A stretch of DNA of 41,068 bases from an uncultured Polyangiaceae bacterium (GCA_964537685.1 CAZICM010000013.1:64132-105199), one strand, 5' to 3'. Shown: positions 8,771-18,717, counted from the first letter of the stretch. Numbers and translations: made by a program. Notes: generated from the sequence alone by a model not told the origin.

Positions 8771-9583
8771 TTGCAGACCATGAGCGTACACGACGATGTA
8801 TTTGAAATAGTCGCCTATATCCTCAACGAAGAGGGCCCCTCCAACGACGAAAAACTCTACGATACCCTTCGGCTGCTCTCGAAGTACCGATCGCAGCTTC
8901 TCGCCAATACGCTGGTTCAGCAAGGCGGCACCGCGGTGCGCTCTGGACCTTTTGCCGGTTTGCTGATGCCTGGGCACGCCGCCGAGGGCTGTTATATCCC
9001 CAAGCTATTGGGCACCTATGAAGCCGAATTGCATCCCATTCTCGAGACCTTGCCCGCCCGGAGCTACGAATCCATTATCAATATCGGCTGCGCGGAAGGT
9101 TACTATGCCGTCGGCCTGGCGCGCCTCGCTCCTCAATCGGAAATTCACGCTTACGATACCGATCCGGATGCCCGCCGTATTTGCGCCGAACTCGCCGAAA
9201 AGAACGGCGTCCGCGATCGGATAACCATCGGCCAGACCTTTTCCCACGCCGACTTTGAACGCTATGCCGGCAAGCATACCCTTGTGATTTGCGATATCGA
9301 AGGCCATGAGGCCGAATTGCTCGATCCGGCACAAGCCCCTGCCCTGCGCCATTTGGATCTCTTGGTCGAGGTGCACGACTGTTTTGTGAAAGACTGCTCG
9401 GCTCTTTTAACCGAGCGTTTTCAAGGCTCGCATCATATTCAGCATCTGGCCTTCGGCGATCGGAAAAGCCGCCCGCTTGCCGATGAAATAAAGCCTTTCG
9501 AGGATTTGGATAGGCTGCTCTGCGCCTGGGAATGGCGTCTTGCGGGGAATGATTGGCTGTGGATGATCCCCCAAAACCGCTAG
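8771..9583 (+). CDS. Class I SAM-dependent methyltransferase.
   Basis: Motif I-like INIGCAEGYYAVGLA is present. The acidic motif II is AYDTDPDA and motif IV-like is LVICDIEGHE. The gene is divergent from the FAD monooxygenase and overlaps the 3' end of the convergent GT4 gene by 4 nt. Confidence 0.6.
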   Translation: MQTMSVHDDVFEIVAYILNEEGPSNDEKLYDTLRLLSKYRSQLLANTLVQQGGTAVRSGPFAGLLMPGHAAEGCYIPKLLGTYEAELHPILETLPARSYESIINIGCAEGYYAVGLARLAPQSEIHAYDTDPDARRICAELAEKNGVRDRITIGQTFSHADFERYAGKHTLVICDIEGHEAELLDPAQAPALRHLDLLVEVHDCFVKDCSALLTERFQGSHHIQHLAFGDRKSRPLADEIKPFEDLDRLLCAWEWRLAGNDWLWMIPQNR

Positions 9584-11256
9584 GCTAGGGGCTCGGCGTA
9601 ACCATACTTCACCAAGAACATCGCGTGTCTTACGATAAAATCGTGCACCAGCGCATCCCCGCTCTTCTTCGACATCACCGCGACAATACGGCCAAGGGAA
9701 AGACGCTCGCCCGTCTCATCCGAGCGGATCAGACCGCCCACAATCCGCTTGACAACGTTTAAATCCAAATACTGCCATTGTTCGATATAGTGCGTCGGCA
9801 TGCTGACTTCGCCCCGGCACAGCGAGCGGCCAAGCGGGGTGAGGCGAAGCTGGGTATCGTCGTCCAATATCTTTGTCGCGAAATGCGCAAATGCCCGGCC
9901 ATAATCGGGTCTCGCATAGCGGGCTCCATCGCGCTGAGGCGCGGGATTGAGGGACGCTTCCTCGGAAAGTTCGGCCCACAAAGCCTCGTGCCGCGCCACC
10001 ACCTTCGGCCACGAATACAGCTCGACCGCCCGCTCCCGCGACCGCTTGCCCATGGTCTCCAATAAAGCCGGCTCTGAAAGCAATCGCTTCACCGCTTCGA
10101 CAAAGGCGCGCATATCGACGGCCACCGATTGCGCTAGCGCCAGGTGATCGAAGGGAGAACTGGTCAATAGCGAGCCCGCATCCATTTCGCCCTGACAGCG
10201 CGCCCAATAGGTGGGCAGAAGAAAGCCCGTTTCACCGTGAACCACCGTATCCCGGTAGCCATTCCAATCGGATACAATCTGAGGAATTCCCGCCGCCATC
10301 GCCTCCACGGGCGTAATCCCAAAGGTCTCCTGAATATTATCGATAGGCGAGATAAAAACATCCGCCGCCGCATAGAGATATTGTTTCTGCGGCATAAAGC
10401 TTGCGCCTTCCGTCATCACGCGCACATCGTGGCCGAGCTTTAGATGCTGGGCAAAATCGCCGATCGCCTGGCCAAAGCGCTCCCCCGGCCGCTCGGTGCC
10501 CGCGCATATCAGCATCAGGCGTTTTCCGGGATGCGAAGCGCGAAGTTCGGCAAAGGCATGCAGCACCGGCAAGAGATCGGCCTTATCGAGAATGCTCAGC
10601 CGCCCCACCCACAGCATCACAAATGCGCTGGGATCGATATGAAAACGCTCTCTTGCAGTAGCCCGATCGAGGGGCTGATAGCGTTCGGTGTCGACCGCGA
10701 GAGGAATGACGTCATAGCGGCCTGGATAGGAAAGGCGCACACCATGCTCGGCCTCGAAGCCATCGGCCACATGCGCCACCAATTCTTCAAGCGTGCGGCG
10801 AGCGGCGGTGGATGTACAGATCACCGCATCGTAGGGATGAGCCTTGGCGAGAAGCAGCCTCAGCACGGCATCGTGAAGCAGTTCTTTATAGCTCAGCGTA
10901 TGATGGCCGAGCGTAATGGGAAAAGGCATTTTTGCCCGGGCGCGCAAGGCAAAAGGCGTATAGGTATCGAAGTCGGTATCGTGCCAGGCGCGGATGCCCA
11001 GCTCATCGATACGCAAGAGTTCACGCTTATCGCGCACGGCGGCGGCGAGCTTATGGGGCGCCAGCGCGGCCTGCGCCTGAGCGCGTTCGCGCGTATCGCA
11101 AAAGAGGGCAAAGCGATGGTGCGCGGCATGTTTTCCCAGCGCTTCGATGGTCTCGCCGATGGCGACTTTACGGCCGACCACAACGCCATGCTGCTCAGGC
11201 AGACGATGAAAGAGTCCAACGGTAGGAAGGTTCGATGAAGGTTCGTTCGCATCCAT
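9580..11256 (-). CDS. Glycosyltransferase family 4 (GT-B fold) with an additional roughly 150-aa C-terminal region.
   Basis: The GT4 C-terminal-domain signature is DVFISPIDNIQETFGITPVEAMAAGIPQIVSDWNGYRDTVVHGETGFLLP (E-x7-E motif). The N-terminal Rossmann-like half carries HH/G-rich motifs. The protein is 558 aa. Confidence 0.85.
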   Translation of the reverse strand: MDANEPSSNLPTVGLFHRLPEQHGVVVGRKVAIGETIEALGKHAAHHRFALFCDTRERAQAQAALAPHKLAAAVRDKRELLRIDELGIRAWHDTDFDTYTPFALRARAKMPFPITLGHHTLSYKELLHDAVLRLLLAKAHPYDAVICTSTAARRTLEELVAHVADGFEAEHGVRLSYPGRYDVIPLAVDTERYQPLDRATARERFHIDPSAFVMLWVGRLSILDKADLLPVLHAFAELRASHPGKRLMLICAGTERPGERFGQAIGDFAQHLKLGHDVRVMTEGASFMPQKQYLYAAADVFISPIDNIQETFGITPVEAMAAGIPQIVSDWNGYRDTVVHGETGFLLPTYWARCQGEMDAGSLLTSSPFDHLALAQSVAVDMRAFVEAVKRLLSEPALLETMGKRSRERAVELYSWPKVVARHEALWAELSEEASLNPAPQRDGARYARPDYGRAFAHFATKILDDDTQLRLTPLGRSLCRGEVSMPTHYIEQWQYLDLNVVKRIVGGLIRSDETGERLSLGRIVAVMSKKSGDALVHDFIVRHAMFLVKYGYAEPLA

Positions 11257-11325
11257 GGGGCGCGCACTCTACAGCATCGCGGCCCGCGTTGGGAATAGCC
11301 ATATAGCTATCCCGCTTCAAACGAT

Positions 11326-12534
11326 CTATGGGCCGGGGTGCGCCCCCTTTTTCATATTTTGACAATCTTTGAGATCGCTCTGCCTTGCCCACAGCGGCGA
11401 TGTCCGCTCCAAAGGATACACATGAGGCACTCTCACCCATACCCGGGAGAGTCCATGCACCTGTTCAATCACCTCAATTTCTGTGTTGGGCTCCACGGCC
11501 CCGACCACGGCCTTTATCTTTTCGGCTTCTGCGATCAGAGGAATTTCTTTGTCGCACACCAGCCTTGCAACAAGCGGCCACTGAGGCACCCGAGGCATTT
11601 GACGTCCATGGCCCGTCCCATAACCCTCTCCAGGCTTGCTTGGCTCCAAATCGTCGGTTTTCACCCATCCAAAGGCCACAAGCGATTCCAAGGGCCAAAC
11701 AATACGGGCAAACCCGGGCTTTAATTCAAGCACATCCACATAACGCAAATCATTTCGCGCGCTCAATTCGGCCACCGGCGAAGCCTGGGACTTAGGTTCG
11801 GTCCACAAAGAAATAGATCGCCCCATTTTCAGCATCATGACTTTAAGAGGCTTGCCCGGCTTGCGTCCCGGCACCGCATCGAGAGCCTCGAAAGCCGCGC
11901 CCATGGGCAGGGGCCGCACGATCAAATCCTCGCAATTTCTGGACGCCTTCAGCACACCGCCCGCCGTCAGCTTCAACCCGGAAGGCATGGCAAGCGTCGG
12001 CGTAATTTCCCCAGCCGCGGCATCCAGCCATTCCAGCTTGGCATGATACTTAGGAATCACAAAATCATTCATCACAAAGGGTTTTGCGGGATAGAGCCGG
12101 ATCACCGAAGGCTCGATATAGCCACCCAGCTTTATACCTTTTTCGAATTTATGCGCGACCACCCAAGAAGGAGCGCCCACGGGAATCGTCACCGACGCCT
12201 CGCCTCCCTCCGCCCGAAGATAGGGCGCCGCGTGAGGCCGAAGATGAAACACCGTAAAATCCTGCTCGGTTTTAAACTCATTGGTGCGAAAGGCACAGCC
12301 AATGGGAGCATTGAACGAAAGCTCGGGAGGCAGCTCATCCGAGGATGGGGGTGAGGGAGCTTCGGAAAGGGGAGCGGACGACACGGCTTGGGGAGTTGAG
12401 CTCGAAGCGGCAGGAGGAGGAACTTGAAGAATCACCTGAGCAGGGTCGGCGCTTCCACCTGGAGAAGACGAAGCCCCGCACGCCAAAAGCCCCAAAACAA
12501 GCCCGCAAACAATAAAATCAACACGATGGTTCAT
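11326..12534 (-). CDS. Putative lipoprotein, hypothetical.
   Basis: The N-terminus MNHRVDFIVCGLVLGLLACGASSS has a signal peptide and an LLAC lipobox. It is followed by a Pro/Ser-rich linker and a 300-aa domain with no recognised family. Confidence 0.6.
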   Translation of the reverse strand: MNHRVDFIVCGLVLGLLACGASSSPGGSADPAQVILQVPPPAASSSTPQAVSSAPLSEAPSPPSSDELPPELSFNAPIGCAFRTNEFKTEQDFTVFHLRPHAAPYLRAEGGEASVTIPVGAPSWVVAHKFEKGIKLGGYIEPSVIRLYPAKPFVMNDFVIPKYHAKLEWLDAAAGEITPTLAMPSGLKLTAGGVLKASRNCEDLIVRPLPMGAAFEALDAVPGRKPGKPLKVMMLKMGRSISLWTEPKSQASPVAELSARNDLRYVDVLELKPGFARIVWPLESLVAFGWVKTDDLEPSKPGEGYGTGHGRQMPRVPQWPLVARLVCDKEIPLIAEAEKIKAVVGAVEPNTEIEVIEQVHGLSRVWVRVPHVYPLERTSPLWARQSDLKDCQNMKKGAHPGP

Positions 12535-12549
12535 GACAGCGCTTCCCGT

Positions 12550-13584
12550 TCACACTGGAGACTTCGACCAGCCAAAGGCCGAGACATCCCGGCCCGCAGG
12601 GAGTTTCATCATTTGAGACAGGGCCTCCTCTGGACTCAATCCCTCGTGCACGACCTTATACACCCGCTCGATTAACGGCGACTCCACCCCAAGCTCCACC
12701 GCAATTTCCTTCGCCACCACGCTTGTCGCCACACCTTCGGCCACCATCCCCAGCGTCGACAAAATCTCTGGAAGCTTCATCCCCCGTGCAAGCGCCGCTC
12801 CCACCCGATAATTGCGCGACTGGGTACTCGAACAGGTCGCCAGCAGATCGCCCATCCCCGCAAGCCCCGAAAAGGTCGAAGGCGCCGCTCCCAAACTCAC
12901 CGCAATTCGCGTAATCTCCGAAAGCCCCCGCGCAATCATCAGCGCCTTTGCATTTTCGCCCACCTTCATTTCAGCCGCCATACCGGCCGCAATCGCCACC
13001 ACATTTTTCAGCGCGCCCGCAAGCTCGACCCCCAGCACATCATCGCCGTGAAACACCATCATTTGCCTCGACGAAAGCGCCTTTTTTCCCAGCGCAAGCG
13101 CATTGGCGTAATGACTCGTCACCACCGTTCCCGCCACCAGCCCCGCCGCAATTTCACCCGCGATATTCGGCCCCGCAATCACACCGACTTGTTTCACCTG
13201 CGTCTCTTGGCGAATCAGCTCGCTCATCCTTAAACGGGTGCTCTTTTCAAGCCCTTTGGTCGCATGCAGCACGACTTGATGCGGCTTTAAATAATCCCCG
13301 GCCGTCTGCATCACCTGGCGAAACGCCTGCGACGGAATCACCGCCACCACCAATTCCGCGCCCGAAACAGCCTCTTCCATCTCGCAGGTCGCGCGCACAT
13401 GCGCATCCACACTCAAGCCTTTCACCGCTTTTTGATTGCTATGCCCGAGATTGATTTCATCGCGCTGCGCGGGATTTCTCGTCCACAGCGCCACATCATG
13501 ACCATTACGCCCGGCCAGATGAGCGATTACCGTACCCCAATTCCCTGCACCCAAGACAGCCATTTGCATAGGCTTCCTCGCCAT
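12550..13584 (-). CDS. gpsA: NAD(P)H-dependent glycerol-3-phosphate dehydrogenase.
   Basis: The sequence MAVLGAGNWGTVIAHLA (GxGxxG) and the overall colinear GpsA pattern (NL..N...V, GPNIAGEIA..., LKNVVAIAAGM) support this. A likelier start is the ATG at 13569 (MQMAVLG), which is preceded by GAGGAAG. Confidence 0.9.
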   Translation of the reverse strand: MARKPMQMAVLGAGNWGTVIAHLAGRNGHDVALWTRNPAQRDEINLGHSNQKAVKGLSVDAHVRATCEMEEAVSGAELVVAVIPSQAFRQVMQTAGDYLKPHQVVLHATKGLEKSTRLRMSELIRQETQVKQVGVIAGPNIAGEIAAGLVAGTVVTSHYANALALGKKALSSRQMMVFHGDDVLGVELAGALKNVVAIAAGMAAEMKVGENAKALMIARGLSEITRIAVSLGAAPSTFSGLAGMGDLLATCSSTQSRNYRVGAALARGMKLPEILSTLGMVAEGVATSVVAKEIAVELGVESPLIERVYKVVHEGLSPEEALSQMMKLPAGRDVSAFGWSKSPV

Positions 13585-13689
13585 TTCCTATTGGATTCGG
13601 CGCGACCATAACACAAAGCATTTCAATCCTTGCATGAAAAGTGCAGGGCCCTCTCGACAAGCGCGGGGATTTTGGGCACTCTAGCGGAT

Positions 13690-14658
13690 ATGCAGAAGCA
13701 TACGCGAAGCCGTTGGATGGCGGCGAGCCTTTTGGGTGCAGCATGGATTTTCATATCGGCAGTCAATTGCCGGGCTGCTCTCGATATCGACGACCTTCAA
13801 TTTACGGCGGACGATCCGGGCGCGAGCAGCGGAACCACGATGGCCGGCGGAGAAGACTGCGTAGATGGCATCGACAATGACGGCGATATGCTGGCCGATT
13901 GCGATGATTCCGACTGCACCCAAGCGGATTTTCAGTGTGTGGATACCTTTGGGGCCACGGCGGTCATTGGAACACTGGACGTAAAAACATGCGTCCCACC
14001 GCTCTTACCCACCGATCTGCGCACCTGCGAAAATGTGTGCACCTGCACGCCAAAGCCCGGAGGTTCAGCGTGCTCCATCAAAGTCACCCTATCGGATATG
14101 GCCGACTGTTCGGCATCGCTGGCCACCATCGATATCTCGGGCGACACCTGCAATACCGCCCCAAACAACACCATTGCAGGCCAATACACCCAAAATCCCA
14201 ACGGCCAGGGCACATGCACACCGATGAACGCGGCCGAGCCGCCCACCAACCTGCCTGGATGCCGCATTCCCCTTACAGGCCACTGCAAGGAAGGAGGCGT
14301 ATGCATTCCTCCAACCCAGACACCGGAATGTTTGCTCTTTGACGGGATAGTCACTTGCCCTGAAATCTATAAAGTCAGGACCGAAGTTACAGGAAACACA
14401 TCGGGGGGAAATTGCGAGTGCAACTGCGGAGCGGCCAATACCAATTGTGATACGGTATCCGTCGACCTATTCACCGATAACGGCTCATGCGCTGGAACGG
14501 TCGCCCCCATCCCCGTTCCAGCGAATACGTGTCAATCCGCAGGTGTATCTATTCAATCTTTTCGCGTAACGTTCAATTCCCAAGCAGGAACGGCCTGCAA
14601 TACCAATGGGACATGGGTGGGCGAGATGGCCCAGACGCTATGCTGCCGAAAAGACTAA
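13690..14658 (+). CDS. Secreted cysteine-rich protein with a MopE-type putative metal-binding motif (DCxDxxDCxDGxDNDGDxxxDCDDSDC).
   Basis: The ORF is 13630..14658. An internal ATG at 13690 gives the signal peptide MQKHTRSRWMAASLLGAAWIFISAVNCRA. The motif EDCVDGIDNDGDMLADCDDSDC matches the Cu-binding-like MopE motif that is abundant in Myxococcota. The rest is Cys/Thr/Asn-rich (about 40 Cys). Confidence 0.65.
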   Translation: MQKHTRSRWMAASLLGAAWIFISAVNCRAALDIDDLQFTADDPGASSGTTMAGGEDCVDGIDNDGDMLADCDDSDCTQADFQCVDTFGATAVIGTLDVKTCVPPLLPTDLRTCENVCTCTPKPGGSACSIKVTLSDMADCSASLATIDISGDTCNTAPNNTIAGQYTQNPNGQGTCTPMNAAEPPTNLPGCRIPLTGHCKEGGVCIPPTQTPECLLFDGIVTCPEIYKVRTEVTGNTSGGNCECNCGAANTNCDTVSVDLFTDNGSCAGTVAPIPVPANTCQSAGVSIQSFRVTFNSQAGTACNTNGTWVGEMAQTLCCRKD

Positions 14659-15546
14659 TCAGCCCTCCCAATCCGACACCCTCGCTTCAATTTCATCCGC
14701 CAGCTTCACCCGTTGCTCTGCATTCAAGATAGGCAGCGCCGTCTCCACGAAATGCAGCATCCGCCCTCCGCCATGATGCATCATCCCCTGCATCGGACCC
14801 TTAAAATCAAAGGCTTTCGCATCAAACGAATCCGAGGCAAAAGCCTCCGCAAAAGCCTTCATCTTCTCTCGCCCCTCCTCAAACTTCTCGCGCATCCCTT
14901 CCCGCCCCTCATGATGCTTCTCAAACGAAGCCTTCATCGCATCGCGAATCTGCTCCCGCTGCTCCTCCGTAATCCCAATCCGCTCGGCCATCTCCTTCAT
15001 CTTTCCAAAATGACCGCCCGGCCCCTTCATCTCGCCGGGACCATGATGCTTCCCATGATGTCCCCGATGCTCCTTCATTTTATCGAGCAACTCCTGACGC
15101 TGCTCTGGGCTTAACGTCGCATGCAGCTTATTGGCGGCCTCCTGCATCGCGGGCACCATCGTCTCCATCGCCTTCGCAATCGAATCCCGATGCGCCTCGA
15201 GCGCCGCCTTATCCACCTTCCCCGCGCGCACCTGCTTCGAAAGCTCCTTCGCCCCCTCCGCCCTCGCCTTCCGAATGGGCTCGGCCTTCTGCTCCAGCTC
15301 AGCGAACAGCGCATCCACCGTCTTCTGCTGATCGGCCCGAAGCTCCATCTCCGACAGCACCTTGGCGAAGCGCCCGAGCGGCCCCCTTACTTCCTTGTGC
15401 TCCGCGGCCTTCTCCTGCACCGCCTGCTCCGCCGCCTGAGGCTCCTCCGGCTCCCCCACCGCCGTACCGCATCCCGCGGCACCGAGCGCAGCCCCGAGCA
15501 CAAGAGCGATCGACAAAGACTTTAGGGTTTTCGAAATCGTCAACAT
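14659..15546 (-). CDS. Spy/CpxP/ZraP-family periplasmic protein (LTxxQ motif repeats) with His-rich segments; probable lipoprotein.
   Basis: There are three LTxxQ-like motifs (LSPEQRQELLDKMK, ITEEQREQIRDAMK, LNAEQRVKLADEIE) and a His-rich stretch HRGHHGKHHGPGEMKGPGGHFG. A signal peptide with AAGC lipobox is present. Its stop abuts the stop of the convergent MopE-like gene. Confidence 0.7.
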   Translation of the reverse strand: MLTISKTLKSLSIALVLGAALGAAGCGTAVGEPEEPQAAEQAVQEKAAEHKEVRGPLGRFAKVLSEMELRADQQKTVDALFAELEQKAEPIRKARAEGAKELSKQVRAGKVDKAALEAHRDSIAKAMETMVPAMQEAANKLHATLSPEQRQELLDKMKEHRGHHGKHHGPGEMKGPGGHFGKMKEMAERIGITEEQREQIRDAMKASFEKHHEGREGMREKFEEGREKMKAFAEAFASDSFDAKAFDFKGPMQGMMHHGGGRMLHFVETALPILNAEQRVKLADEIEARVSDWEG

Positions 15547-15744
15547 GAGCTTCTCCTTTATGCGTTCTTCCGAGCCGCCGTTTTGGCCTGCTCACTGGAT
15601 ATAACCCCTAGACGCGCGTTTTGCTCCAAAGAATCACGCCATTCACACTTCTTTACAATCCCTTCACACACCACCTAAACAAAGCGGCCGCAGCGCTTAA
15701 AATCCCCTACAAAACGCATAAAAACTCGATTACGGTCCAAGGCC

Positions 15745-16563
15745 ATGGCCATCCCGCTCAACACACTTCTTGACACGCTTGAACGCATCGCCCCTCAAAA
15801 CGAAGCCGAAGACTGGGATAACGTCGGCCTTCTCATCGAACCCATCCCGCGCGGCGAAGCTCAAACCATCCGGCGCATCCTGTGCACCATCGATTTTGGA
15901 GAGGACATCCTCGCCGAAGCCCAGCAAAAACAGGCCGATCTCGTTCTCAGCTACCATCCGCCCATCTTCAGCGGCATCAAACGCCTCACCCGAAAAAGCA
16001 CCACCGAACGGCTTATCATCGACACCCTGCGCGCATCGATCTTCGTCTACTCGCCGCACACAGCGCTCGACGCAGCTCCGGGCGGCGTCAACGACTGGCT
16101 CGCGCAGGCCATCGGCGAAGGCCAACGCCTTCCCATCCAACCCTCCAAACACCCTGAACGCCCTCAATTTGGACTAGGCCGCCGCATTCAGCTCAGCGAA
16201 CCCAGCCCCCTCCCCGTCTTCATCGACCGCATCAAAACCCATCTGGGCCTTCCCCATATCCGCGTCGCCGCATCGCCCGCCCACGCGCAGGGAGCCCTCA
16301 TTCACAGCGCCGCCGTTTGCGCCGGAGCGGGCGGCGCCCTCTTTGCAAAAATGAGCGGCACCGATCTTTATCTCACCGGAGAAATGCGGCACCACGATAT
16401 CCGCGAAAAAATAGCCGCCGGAGCATCGGTTATTTTATGCGATCACACCAATACCGAACGGGGATTTTTACCTGTATTGGCCAAACAACTGATTCAATTG
16501 ACCGAAGGCCAGGCCGAGATCATCGTATCCGAACTCGACCGCGATCCTCTAACGATTACCTAG
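15745..16563 (+). CDS. Nif3-family dinuclear metal center protein (YqfO/YbgI-like).
   Basis: Conserved Nif3 motifs are present: DNVGLL, LSYHPPIF, YSPHTALD, a C-terminal GEMRHHD and HTNTERGF. The protein is 272 aa. Confidence 0.85.
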   Translation: MAIPLNTLLDTLERIAPQNEAEDWDNVGLLIEPIPRGEAQTIRRILCTIDFGEDILAEAQQKQADLVLSYHPPIFSGIKRLTRKSTTERLIIDTLRASIFVYSPHTALDAAPGGVNDWLAQAIGEGQRLPIQPSKHPERPQFGLGRRIQLSEPSPLPVFIDRIKTHLGLPHIRVAASPAHAQGALIHSAAVCAGAGGALFAKMSGTDLYLTGEMRHHDIREKIAAGASVILCDHTNTERGFLPVLAKQLIQLTEGQAEIIVSELDRDPLTIT

Positions 16564-16571
16564 AAATGCCC

Positions 16572-17462
16572 TTAAGCCTGAGAAGACCGCTCTTCGGCCA
16601 CCCAGGTCTCCCGCTTCAGCAGCGCATCCAGCACACCCATCTTCGCCCCGAACTGCTTCACCACCAAAATAGGCACAGGCGTTTCCACAATCGTCTCGGC
16701 CGCCACACTCCCCAATAAAAGCGCCGCCGCCGGCGTCCTCCCCCGCGTCCCCATCACAATTAAATCCGCATTCAATTCCGCTCTTTTTCGCACAATCGCC
16801 TGAGCAGGCTTTGCACTCACTTCAAATGAAGAGCCTATCCGAACCCCATAGGAATCAATACGAAGCATAATTTCTGCCATTCTTTCGTTTTCAACATCAT
16901 GGGATTCTTTAGCATTTTCTTCATATTGAAAACCCGAGGCATCAAAATTCACATGAAACGCCGTTCCCTCGGCCTTCGCCGCCTTTGCGATCACCGCGGC
17001 ATGCTCCAAAGCCAGCCCCGAATGATTCGAAAAGTCCACGGGAACCAGCACATGATGAACACCAATCCCAGCTCCCTCGGGCACCATCCACACCGGACAA
17101 GGCGCAACCATCGACAAGCGGCTCGAAAGCGATCGCCTTCCCGTCCTACCCTTGCGGTGCCCCAGCAAAATCAGCTCGGTCTGATGATTCGCCGCATACT
17201 CCACAAGCTGATCCAGCACATTGCCCACGACAATGCGGTAGGTCACTTCCGGCCCATCGATTGGCCTTGTAAAGTGATATTCCACTTCATCCTGCATACG
17301 ATTCAGCATGAAGTCTTCAATCTTCCCCTCATCCGGCACGACATGCACAAATTCGATCAGAGAAGGAGAAAGCAGCTTTGAAACCATGGCCGCATACGCC
17401 AAGAGCCCCACATCCGGCTGCGTTCTTGACAGCGCCACAACGATGCGATTGATCTTTTTCAT
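16572..17462 (-). CDS. Universal stress protein with tandem UspA domains.
   Basis: There are two USP domains. The second has the classic ADLIVMGTRGRT....LLGSVAETIVETPVPILVV ATP-binding motif. The start is chosen at MKKINRIVVAL (ATG 17462), which is preceded by GGAGAG. The ORF caller's longer N-terminal extension from 17537 looks non-coding. Confidence 0.8.
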   Translation of the reverse strand: MKKINRIVVALSRTQPDVGLLAYAAMVSKLLSPSLIEFVHVVPDEGKIEDFMLNRMQDEVEYHFTRPIDGPEVTYRIVVGNVLDQLVEYAANHQTELILLGHRKGRTGRRSLSSRLSMVAPCPVWMVPEGAGIGVHHVLVPVDFSNHSGLALEHAAVIAKAAKAEGTAFHVNFDASGFQYEENAKESHDVENERMAEIMLRIDSYGVRIGSSFEVSAKPAQAIVRKRAELNADLIVMGTRGRTPAAALLLGSVAAETIVETPVPILVVKQFGAKMGVLDALLKRETWVAEERSSQA

Positions 17463-17567
17463 TGAAAATCTCTCCGCTGCACCGCTCCATTCAGGATGGG
17501 CCGCACAAACGCCAACGCATATCCCCGGCAGCCTCAAATGACAATCGAATTCATCGCGCGCATTTAT

Positions 17568-18686
17568 TTAGGGACAAGAACCCGCCCACGGCAATCTAGC
17601 CAGCAAACTCCGATAGTCGTCGTGGCGCACGCCGCCCTTTTCATCGCCCTCCAGCTTAAAATAAAACGAGCGCGCAGCCGCAATACCCACTGCCGAATAG
17701 GTATCCACATCGCTCGGCTTATTCCCAAACGCCAATTCAGGAACAATGCCTGTATTGGCCTTCAATCCGGAAAGCTCCGCCGATTTAAAAGCCGCGGCCT
17801 CTTCGCCTCCATAGCCCGCGGTGCTCAGCGACGTGTGCAAAATCCCAGGAGGAAAACCCCGCATCGAAAGCCATTTTCTCGTCCGGGGCACCAGCCAAAA
17901 TGGCCGCGCCGTTAAATAAAATATTAAATATCCCCGCTCCGCAAGCATTGTCAGCACATCCGCGGCCCCTGGATTCGCCGCCGCGTTATCGTCGGCCACC
18001 ACATCCTTCACAATGGCATTTTCGCTCTCCGTCAGCGTTCCATCCACATCTGAAACCACGATTTTCGCACCCGCTGGCAATATCTCGAGAATTAAATCCG
18101 TGCCCGATCCATCCCCGGCCACCCGCAAATGAACCCGGTGCCGTCCAACTCCAAGCGGACCGCCAGGCAATTTGACCGTATTTAAATCCACAAATACCTG
18201 CCCGCCCTTATCCTCGACACCCAGCACCGTGGGATACCGGCCAGAACCGGCACTCGTCGCAAAGGTTCCCACCGATTCCCAAGCGGCCGAACACCCGCGC
18301 GAAAGCCAGATATCCACATCTTCGTCCGACAAATCTTTATCGGCGGCTCCATAGGCAAACTTCGCCAGCACCCACGCCGGATCGCCCGGCTTTAAAAATA
18401 AATCGCGCCCTCGATGCCTCGGACTTCCCGCCTCCACAACCAAAGCCGTGCGCTTATGCCGGAAAGGTCTCTTCGTGAACCCTCCCGAAAAAGCCGCATC
18501 ACAGGCCGGCCTCAGCGGACAAGCCACATGCGCGGGAGCCGCGGACGACAGCGCAGAAATACACGGCGCAGGCGCGGCTGGACCAGCGCTTGAAAGCCCA
18601 GGACTCGGCCCGCCCGAAGACGAAGCCGTCCGGCACCCCACCGAAACGATCACAACACCCGCGGCAAGAACATAAAAGCTGCGCAC
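17568..18686 (-). CDS. HAD-superfamily phosphatase of the App1/LNS2 (lipin-like phosphatidate phosphatase) type; lipoprotein.
   Basis: HAD motif I is SDVDGTLT. Motif II is IFYLTARP. The LNS2-like motif III is FGNKPSDVDTYSAVGI. The N-terminal signal has a VSVGC lipobox. Confidence 0.6.
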   Translation of the reverse strand: MRSFYVLAAGVVIVSVGCRTASSSGGPSPGLSSAGPAAPAPCISALSSAAPAHVACPLRPACDAAFSGGFTKRPFRHKRTALVVEAGSPRHRGRDLFLKPGDPAWVLAKFAYGAADKDLSDEDVDIWLSRGCSAAWESVGTFATSAGSGRYPTVLGVEDKGGQVFVDLNTVKLPGGPLGVGRHRVHLRVAGDGSGTDLILEILPAGAKIVVSDVDGTLTESENAIVKDVVADDNAAANPGAADVLTMLAERGYLIFYLTARPFWLVPRTRKWLSMRGFPPGILHTSLSTAGYGGEEAAAFKSAELSGLKANTGIVPELAFGNKPSDVDTYSAVGIAAARSFYFKLEGDEKGGVRHDDYRSLLARLPWAGSCP

Positions 18687-18717
18687 CCGCCGAGCATGCC
18701 AGGAAACATTAAAAATA

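Noticed and set aside
10444-11238. A 264-aa + strand ORF and several other alternative-frame ORFs (9716..10207, 10893..11267) inside the GT4 gene.
   Set aside because: The GT4 minus-strand frame carries the diagnostic E-x7-E region and spans the whole interval. The others are compositionally biased shadow ORFs.
12948-13454. A Pro-rich 168-aa + strand ORF overlapping gpsA.
   Set aside because: gpsA on the minus strand is unambiguous. The Pro/Ser/Arg-rich translation is an antisense artefact.
13932-14354. 140-aa and 135-aa ORFs on both strands inside the MopE-like gene.
   Set aside because: The Cys-rich + strand frame with signal peptide and MopE motif explains the region. The alternatives are His/Arg-rich shadow frames.
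17463-17537. A 25-aa N-terminal extension of the Usp gene (MRLPGICVGVCAAHPEWSGAAERFS).
   Set aside because: The internal ATG at 17462 has a good RBS and yields the canonical USP N-terminus MKKINRIVVAL. The extension is Cys/Gly-rich and unlike USP proteins.
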